A stretch of 64,000 bases of DNA from Octopus sinensis. Taxonomy: Eukaryota. Numbering within the stretch: the first letter of the stretch is position 1; each line of letters starts with the position of its first letter. Positions 55,032 through 64,000 of this stretch are shown here, piece by piece. The notes under the pieces were generated by a model. The model saw nothing but the letters and a program-made list of their open reading frames with translations. It was not told the DNA's origin and ran no database searches. The DNA lies in NCBI RefSeq assembly GCF_006345805.1, contig NC_043001.1:57598001-57662000 (forward strand), given 5' to 3'. Made by a program: the position numbers and the translations under genes.

Positions 55032-55562
55032 AAACAAGTCCAAATAGAAAATGCTAAAATATTTTTATAAAGAACATTTCAGTGCCGGTTCCAGTCATTT
55101 TGAGACCTTTTCAACTGTAACGATTAAATAATTAAATTTAGAAAAATAAATTAAAAGAAAAGTCTTTTTAAAAGAATATTTGTATAGTGTTCAAATATAA
55201 GTGGCATTTTCCTTGTTTCTGCCTTTCTATGCCTCTCTTGTTTACACTTGTGGGTTCGAGGTCGAACCCATCAGTGGCATTTTCCTTGTCTCTGCCTTTC
55301 TATGCCTCTCTTGTTTACACTTGTGGGTTCGACCTCGAACCCACAAGTGTAAACAAGAGAGGCATAGAAAGGCAGAAACAAGGAAAATGCCACTTATATT
55401 TGAACACTATACAAATATTCTTTTAAAAAGACTTTTCTTTTAATTTTTCTAAATTTAATTATTTAATCGTTACAGTTGAAAAGGTCTCAAAATGACTGGA
55501 ACCGGCACTGAAATGTTCTTTATAAAATTATTTTAGCATTTTCTATCTTGACTTGTTTTTTC
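55027..55562. repeat. Near-perfect ~230-bp inverted repeat with 73-bp spacer
   Basis: Arms 55027-55260 and 55334-55562 differ by a few substitutions and one 5-bp indel. Confidence 0.9.
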
Positions 55563-55613
55563 ATATATATCAACTCGTGTGTTCCTTTTCATCCTTGTAC
55601 ACACATACACACA

Positions 55614-55714
<101 letters not shown>

Positions 55715-55796
55715 TATATATGTATATATATAATACAGATAGCTAAACAAATAGATAGGTATTCAAACACGAGTTAGTGGGCAATATGTGTATATA

Positions 55797-56885
55797 CAGG
55801 GGTTGGACAAAGTAATGAAAACATCTTAATATTTCAGACAAATTTATCTTATTACATCGAGTAGGATCGCCTCTGGCAGTAATTACAGCTTGAAGTCTAC
55901 GAGGTATGTATTCGTACAAATTTCGAATTGTTTCCAGAGGAATTCTTGTCGATTCTTCAGCTAAAACAGTCTCCACTTCTTGTTGTGATGATGGCGGAGG
56001 ATATCGATTCCTCACTTGTCTTTCTAAAATACGCCATAAATGTTCAATAATATCGAGATTTGGGGACTATGTTGGCCAGATAAGATGTTCAACTTCACTA
56101 GAATGTTCCTTGTGCCATTCAGTAACAACTTCAGCAGTGTGAATTGGTGCATTACCATCCTGAAAGATTGCATTATCCCCCGGAAGCAGTTCCGCAACGA
56201 TACTATGAATTTGATCAGATAAAATGCTTGAATAGTCTTGACATTAATTCTTCCATAAAGGGAAACCATTGAGCCGGCGGATTTCCAAGATATAGTCCCA
56301 CCCCCAGATCATCACAGATCCTTCTCTATGTTTAACAATTCGAAGAAGGCAGTCTGGGTCAGATGCTCCTTTTGGCTGTCTCCACACGTAGACTCGGTCT
56401 GTGGTCGGAAATAAGGCAAAGGATGACTCGTCCGAGAAAATAACATTCTTCCACACTCTAGGGACCAATTATATAGGTTTTTCCTCCGCTCTAAACGCTT
56501 TGCTACATTTGTTTTTGAAAGAAGTGGTTTTCTGATTGCAGCCCTTCCGTGAAATCCGGATTTGTGCAGCTCCCGGCGAACAGTTTTTGTGGAAACTGGC
56601 TTCTCGCGATGCTCATTAAGCTCTGTAGTAATTTTGGGAGCTGTACTTTTGTTATCGTTTCTAACATTTCGCGTAATAGTCCGACGGTCCCTATCAGAAA
56701 GTTTTGATTTTCTTCCGGAGATTTGTTTCGATGGGGAGGTTTTTCTCTCTTTCTCAAAAGCTGTCATAACTTTCGAGACAGTACCTCTTGATGCAGCAAG
56801 CATTTCGGCTGTTTTCGTAACGCTAGTGCCTGCCATACGAGCAGCAACAATGTGACCCCTTTTAAAGTCCGAAAGATCTGTCGAG
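55797..56885 (-). pseudogene. Tc1-family transposon, frameshifted transposase; one terminus visible
   Basis: TA+CAGGGGTTGGACAAA terminus; GRKSKLSDRDRR, RKPLLS, WKNVIFSDES, FQDGNAPIH, WPTQSPNLDIIEHLW. Confidence 0.92.
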
Positions 56886-58715
56886 AAATTTTAGCAAAAT
56901 ATTTTAAGCAACCCAAATAATAAATAAAAAAAAAAAACATTAAAATAAATAACCCATGTATATCTATAATATATGGTATAATTATAAACATGGCAAATTT
57001 TAGCTATTTTTCCGCAGACTGAAAAAAATGATGAACACACTTCATCGATTGTTGATTTTTATTGTGTTTTCATCTGAGGCGTCTACACCATTCTGACAAT
57101 CTCCAGATTATAAGCAGTCAAACTGTTTATATAGTTAAGAAATGCAGGAGTCCCTAATTTGCATACCGAAAGTGTTTAACACTCTATATCAACATTAAGA
57201 TATTCAGAAGGGAATATTTATATAGATAATATATTCCTTGTACATATGAGAAGATATCACGTCCGATATGTTTTTTATTAAATCTTCACTTAGAAGCCTA
57301 TCTGTAATTTCAAGCATATGGTATGTATATTATGCAGAAATGTGTCTTTACGTCTAACAAGTAAAAATGTTCTAACTTTACGCTTCAAATATGCTGAAAC
57401 AAAAGTAGCTGAAATGCATTTTAGACATATTTTAGCGTGAAATACCAGAAATAACAATTATAACCTAATCCAAGATACACCGCGTTTCAATAAATATAAG
57501 TCCAGCCACAACTTGAAACCCACCGATCGTCGATCTGATGCCACCACCTTATACTAACAAAGAACTGCAGCACAGTTTTTACCAGACAATCTCTACAATA
57601 GCCTGATAGGTTAACAGACCTCTCGTCGGAGGTTTTCAAGTTGCGAACATACTTATATGTATTAAAACAGGTTATCATTTATTATATTAATCAATGTTTA
57701 CATATATTTTTGGAAGAGGTGTGTTCACATCTTTAGTATATAGATCCATAACATAAACAGTTCCTTCGTTCACTCACATTGCTATTTAATCAATTTTCAG
57801 TAAGCTTTCTGTGGAATATATTTCAGTTGTCATTTCTCTTTGTAGCCATTGGAAGTAAATATCTTCTACAGCAAGATAATCTTTAATATATTTACATATC
57901 CAAAATTGAATTTCAGAATTACAATTCAGTATCTCAGCAGCTTTATAATTTAACAAATTTTTGTGTTTCAGCATATAGCTAATTGCACGATTTCGAAGAA
58001 CTAGATGGTAACTGCATGAAAAAATTTCTATGAAAGGTAAAACTGTAATAATTAAGTTAAACTGTACGAATGTGAGTTGAGGGAGAAAATATTTTATTGC
58101 AAATCGTAATCATATGCGTATATGCATTTCCAATTTAAAATCATGATGATGACGTGCATGATGATGATGATAATAACCGTACTCTAATAATAAAATGATA
58201 AGGAAGAGGAAAAGGAATTCATACAGAAAACTGAAAATTTAAATAGATGTAAAGAGATAAAAAATTAAGAAGTTATGAGAGAGTAAATAAAAAAATTCCA
58301 TTACTATTTCTCGACAAGAAGAAGAATGTTTTACTTGCAGCGTACTGTTTGATGGCAGGAGGATTCTAAAATCCATTTTTAGTTTTATTTTTTATTTGTT
58401 TTGTTATTGATTTGGAGAGGAGGAAAAAAATCACGAGACAAGAAATCAAAGAGGAAGACGAACTCATCTAGTGTATGATATTTATATTTGTATATTTCTA
58501 TATATTTGCTATTTATTTGACTGGGATTAATATAATATTTAGTTTACTCTTTGGGGAATCAAGATTTCCAAACATTTACCAATTTTCCCAAAGGCGCCAA
58601 AGGAATTGCCGAAACTAATTTAAGTTGTAAAATACACACATATAAAGATGCGTACTTATATATACACGTATCAAGACACACACATGCCTCATTGATACAG
58701 ACGTATACACATGTA

Positions 58716-58759
<44 letters not shown>

Positions 58760-59070
58760 GTGTGTGTGTGCATGTTAATGATTGGGCATACGTACGTTTG
58801 TAGATGTGTATATTTATATATACATAAATACACAAACACTCCAATATATATACAAACACACATCTATACTTAGATACATCGATATTTCTATAATTATACA
58901 TACACAACGAATATAGCCTATCAGAATGAGCAAAATATTTTAGAAAACACTTTCATACATGCACATACATTACCATATACGCGTACACACGTATGCAAAT
59001 GTACGTGTCTGCGTATACTCATACATATACAGGAAGCAGTTATATGTATGTATGTATGTATGTATGTAGG

Positions 59071-59120
<50 letters not shown>

Positions 59121-59246
59121 TATATATATACATGTATATATATATATATACATAGATATATATCTATATCTATATCTATATATATATATGTATATATGTG
59201 TATACATGTGTACGTACATTAACTTATGCATGAATACATATATACA

Positions 59247-59318
<72 letters not shown>

Positions 59319-59410
59319 TAGATAGATAGATAGATAGATATACCGGAGTAAACACATAAATATGAAACAAGCTGGAAAAAAAGAGTACTCAAATACCAGT
59401 GGTAGAGTAA

Positions 59411-59559
59411 TATGCTTTATTTAAAGCAGCAGAACATTCAACAAAATCTGTTACTCTGAGTTTCTCGTTGCCGTTCATCAGACAGTTTTTGTCTGATGAA
59501 CGGCAACGAGAAACTCGGAGTAACAGATTTTGTTGAAATTTCTGCTGCTTTAAATAAAG

Positions 59560-59563
<4 letters not shown>
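59411..59563. ncRNA. Hairpin palindrome encoding a minimal hammerhead motif on each strand
   Basis: + strand TGT-CTGATGA(59493)-ACGGCAACGA-GAAA-CTCGGA-GTA-ACA; mirrored on - strand; 5-nt loop at 59485-59489. Confidence 0.7.
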
Positions 59564-59602
<39 letters not shown>

Positions 59603-59688
59603 CAACAATTGAGGGTAAAATTAATTAATTATTAATCAATTTCACCAAGTATTCAGTATGTAAAGGGACCATTTAAGGCGAATTCAAA

Positions 59689-59964
59689 ATATTACATTTT
59701 ATAAAGGGCTTAGTAAAATAAATTACTTTGCCACATACTGAACTCATTAGAAATAGCAGCCAAAAAAATTTTTTTTAGCCATTTCTAATACTTAAAGAAA
59801 ATTTCTCTCAGATAGTGTTTACTCAAAATATTTTGAGTAAACACTATCTGAGAGAAATTTTCTTTAAGTATTAGAAATGGCTAAAAAAAATTTTTTTGGC
59901 TGCTATTTCTAATGAGTTCAGTATGTGGCAAAGTAATTTATTTTACTAAGCCCTTTATAAAATG

Positions 59965-59970
<6 letters not shown>
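59689..59970. repeat. Perfect 282-bp palindrome without spacer
   Basis: Centre CAAAAT|ATTTTG at 59829/59830; no mismatch seen by eye. Confidence 0.9.
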
Positions 59971-60000
<30 letters not shown>

Positions 60001-60002
<2 letters not shown>

Positions 60003-60197
60003 CTTTACTACCCACAAGGAGCTAAACATAGAGGGGACAAACAAGGACAGACAAAGGGATTAAGTCGATTATATCGACCCAGTGCGAAACTGGTACTTTA
60101 TTTATCGACCCCGCGAGGATGAAAGGAAAAGTCGACCCCGGCGGAATTTGAACTCAGAACGTAACGACAGACGAAATACCGCTACGCATTTCGTCCG

Positions 60198-60203
<6 letters not shown>
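60001..60203 (-). mobile_element. tRNA-derived SINE, head truncated
   Basis: Minus strand GTTCTGAGTTCAAATTCCGCCG (B-box-like), then the GTCGAC...CCTTTCATCC...GGGTCGATAAA central block. Confidence 0.85.
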
Positions 60204-60273
<70 letters not shown>

Positions 60274-60666
60274 GGAAAATAACATGATGAAACATATAGA
60301 TAGAAAATGTCTATTAAAAAATTGAGTTTATATGTATTTCTGTGTACGTGTGTCTGTTAGTGTGTGCGTGCGTCTGTGTGTGTATTTGTACACTTTTCTC
60401 TGTACTGATATATCGATAGGCATATGTATAAACACATACCTACATACACGTCTTTTTTACGTACGGACTACTGATAAAATAAAGGGTGGAGTTTAAATAC
60501 CGTTTCTGATTATGCAGGTTTATCTGACTTAATTTCATTTTAAATTGCTGAACACCAAGATAAAAGACACTGAATCAGAAGATATTTCAGATATCACGTA
60601 TGATCCTATTCTTGAAATATATCTTCTGATTTGTGTCTGTTTTTGTACATTCTAGTTATTATTTAC

Positions 60667-60808
60667 AACTGGTACTTATTTAATCGACCCCGAAAGGATA
60701 AAAGGCAAAGCCGACCTCGGCGGAATTTGAACTCGGAATGTAGAGACAGACGAAATACCGCTAAGCATTTCGCCCGGTGTGCTAACGTTTCTGCCAGCTC
60801 GCCACCTT
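60667..60808 (-). mobile_element. tRNA-derived SINE 5' half
   Basis: Minus strand GGTGGCGAGCTGGCAGAAACGTTAGC...GAGTTCAAATTCCGCC. Confidence 0.85.
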
Positions 60809-61309
60809 TATTAAATCTTTATTTGTAAATATGATTATAGTTGCACTTGGCTACGTACCTGACCCCCCACCCCAAAAAAAATCTCTAGAATTACTGTTTT
60901 TCAAAGAAAGGGCAAAAGAAACTGACATGCATTCATCAAATGTAATATGTTGGCTGCGCAGTGGAGATTTATAAGACATTCCAGAGATTCTCAGTCTGAT
61001 AGTCTTTATATCAATAGATGCACACATTTTAGCGTGAACAATGGCAGATCAACTAACACACCAAACCAACCACATATTCAAAAAAGGATAATTCTCTTAA
61101 CTAAAACGTATTGTTTGCTTTCATAGTAACTGATTTCAACTTTCTCACGAAATACAAACATACATACAAACATACATACATTCATTCATACATAGTACAT
61201 ACATACGCACACACAGTTATATATAGGGAGCATCTTATGAACGTATATACGTGTATCTATCTATCTATAAATTTATATATGTGTGTGTGTGTTTGATTTT
61301 TTTTTATAT

Positions 61310-62040
61310 AATTACATTTAATATTTCGTTTGGCATCTATTTTCAGGATCTCCGTGCATTTTCTTTTACTTACGTTTGTGCATCAAGGTTCAGTCGTTTG
61401 TAGTGGCGTTGGTACTTGAAAAGTATCATTTAACCATTCCTTTGGCATTTCAATTCTCTTGGATTCGCTCTCAACGAATATTTTTTTCCTTTTTTAGTTG
61501 GTTCATGTATCTATTGTTTACCCGTTTTCTTCCTTTTTCCAAGTATAGTATTTTTCCCTATCCGTTTGCTAATCACACCACCTTCCCAACTTTATTTTCC
61601 ATTCTTATATGCCCTAATATACATATTTTCACCAATTTTGAAATAACTTGGTGTATTTTTCCTTGCCATTTTACTTTTCTTTCCAGACAGCAATTTGTCG
61701 AAGACTGATTTTATTCTTCTCGGAAGTATCAGCTCCACTGGTGACATTCCTACTGCTTTATCTGGATTTGGTGTAACACTATACTTACTAAGATTTGTTG
61801 TAGAGCTACCTCACCCATGACCTCCGTATTCGATTTTCTTAGGTCTCTCATGAACGTATCGGCAAAGTATTCTGCTTGTCAGTTAGATCTGAGAGAGCAT
61901 GTTGCCGTAGCTACACGTTCTAGTGCGAACGTTTTACAAAACTTTTTAAACGCAAAAGACACAAATTACGTTCCATTGTCAGGCACTATCGCTTCTGGGA
62001 TGCCAGATCTTGGAAACATCTCATGTAAAAATCATGTCGC
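61310..62040 (-). pseudogene. Ty3/Gypsy integrase remnant
   Basis: GIPEAIVPDNGT*FVS..FKKFC, SN*QAEYFADTF, GMSPVELILPRRIKSVFDKL and a GPY/F-like region. Confidence 0.8.
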
Positions 62041-62362
62041 AGTTAGGATGTTGGATTTTTATATTTACAAATTTCTGGCCTTTTTATATTTACACATTTC
62101 TGGCCTTTTTATCTAGTATTAAAACGACATAGGACTAATAATCATTTTGGCATCATTATTAGTTCTATGATCAGAATCAATTGAATTCATTGTTATTTAG
62201 ATTAAAGTGGGCGCGATGAAGATGTTATTGTTCTTACTAATACATGTGAATATATTAATAGCATAACCTACAGTTATTTGGATGAATGGGTGATGATATA
62301 TGCAACTGACTTTTGTAGATATGTATATATATGTACGCACACACACACAGACATATATATAT

Positions 62363-62396
<34 letters not shown>

Positions 62397-62469
62397 CGCA
62401 ATAATAAAAGGAAAATGGAGAAATGAAATTGACACATGCTAATTCATTATTATTATTATTATTATTATT

Positions 62470-63150
62470 CTATGTCTGACAAGTTGGCTCCAGGTCTCAC
62501 CCAGAGACCTCAAGAGACAACAGGGTTGGAAGTTCATGTTGTTGTTATGCCTAGTGTGCCATATATTTGGGGGGTGGGGATGTTGTACTAATGAATGTCT
62601 AAAAAAAAAAGGGTTTTTAAAAAAATTTTTTTTAAACCGGAAATTATGTTTGTTTTAAACCTTGAGATTACATAGAGAGTATTTTGCGTAGGATATGAGC
62701 AGTTCCCATGAGCACTATCTTTTGAACTTCTGCCATTTTTGGGTTTCCTGGTATCTGAGTTAGGTAGCTATCAGCCCCTTTTGCTATCATTCCCAGGGCA
62801 CCTATGACAACAGGTATTGTTTTAGTCTTCAGCTTCCACATTTTGCTGATTTCTATTTCAAGATCTTTATATTTGCTCAGTTTTTGGTAGGTCTTGACAG
62901 ATACGTTTATATCGATTGGGACAGTCATATCAATGAGGAGGCATGTTCTTTGTTTGAAGTCTTTCAATATGATGTCTGGCCTATTTGCATCTATCTTCCT
63001 GTCCGTTTGAATGGTGAAGTTCCAGAGGAGTGAGATGTGGTCATTTTCAAGCACTGGGGGTGGTTTGTGTTCCCACCAGTTTTTTTCATGGGGCAAATCC
63101 AGGTTTTTACAGATTACCCAGTGAATATATTGTGCAGCTCTATCGTGCCT
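62470..63150 (-). mobile_element. 5'-truncated R4/Dong-type element, subfamily B, with complete ~200-bp 3' UTR
   Basis: ORF 63096-62668 (ANRPDIILKD...LLIDMTVP); ends in (TAA)n. Confidence 0.9.
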
Positions 63151-63160
63151 GTTGAGATAC

Positions 63161-63287
<127 letters not shown>

Positions 63288-63300
63288 ATTATTATTATTA

Positions 63301-64000
63301 TTCAGTAGTATATTTTTATAGCGTGCTTTCACTTCACTACCGAGCGAAGCTCTGTGTGCCCTGGGTATGTGCTGTGATTTGTTGTGATGCTCTAATGGTT
63401 ACTGTATGGAAAGTGTTCTGCATAGGATGTGTGCAGTGCCTAGTAGTGCATTTTTCTGTATATTATATGTAATTGTAAGTGCTGGTGTTTTTGTTATGTA
63501 TTTGTCTGAATATTTTTTAGCATGCCTAATGCACCTATTATGATAGGAATTGCTTCCGTTTTTAGATTCCACATTCTGGTTACCTCTATTTCCAGTATTT
63601 TGAAAGTTTCTCCTTTTCTTTTAGAGACACGTTGTCATCTGCTGGTATTGATACATCGATTAGAAAGCATTCTTCATGATCTCTGACAACTATATCTGGT
63701 CTGTTGGCCTTAATTTCTCTATCTGTGTGTATTGGCATATCCCAGAGCATGGTTGCTTTCTCGTTTTCTGTGACATTTTCTGCTGTGTGCTTATACCATC
63801 TTTTTTCTGTTGTTATTTCATAATGTTGGCATAGCTTCCAGTGTATATAGGTCCCAACTCTGTCATGACTGTGAATATATTCCTTCTTAGCCAGGACTGG
63901 GCAGCCAGAGATAATATGATTTATTGTTTCTTGTCCATCTCCACATATTCTGCAGTTACTTGTTATGTTTCTTTTCATTACATGTTTTTGGTAATTTCTG
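63301..64000 (-). mobile_element. R4/Dong-type subfamily A 3' part, running off the window
   Basis: CRICGDGQETINH, RPDIVVRD; same 3' UTR as 43221. Confidence 0.92.

Overview
AT-rich eukaryotic DNA made almost entirely of transposon relics and microsatellites. I found no host gene exon that I can support. The SINE families resemble those I recall from Octopus genomes, so a cephalopod origin is my inference, not a database result. Non-LTR content: a full-length but broken R4/Dong-type RLE element plus truncated copies of two subfamilies, all in (TAA)n arrays; three decayed L1-Tx1 elements; a CR1-group LINE; RTE fragments; and Penelope-like elements (PLEs), including a Naiad-type RT/GIY-YIG ORF. 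Other repeats: a Gypsy integrase relic, Tc1 and mariner transposase pseudogenes, MITEs, a non-autonomous Helitron and several tRNA-derived SINEs. Four observations stand out. (1) At least six unrelated non-coding repeats carry minimal type I hammerhead-ribozyme motifs, mostly in inverted repeats. One is a structured 544-bp tandem dimer that looks like a retrozyme. (2) Two independent Dong-like insertions share the same in-frame TGA and +1 frameshift in RT. (3) A LINE ORF1 has a Myb/SANT-like N-terminus in frame with CCCH fingers. (4) Several large palindromes are present, including a perfect spacer-less 282-bp one. All coordinates, alignments and folds were read by eye, and remnant boundaries are approximate.
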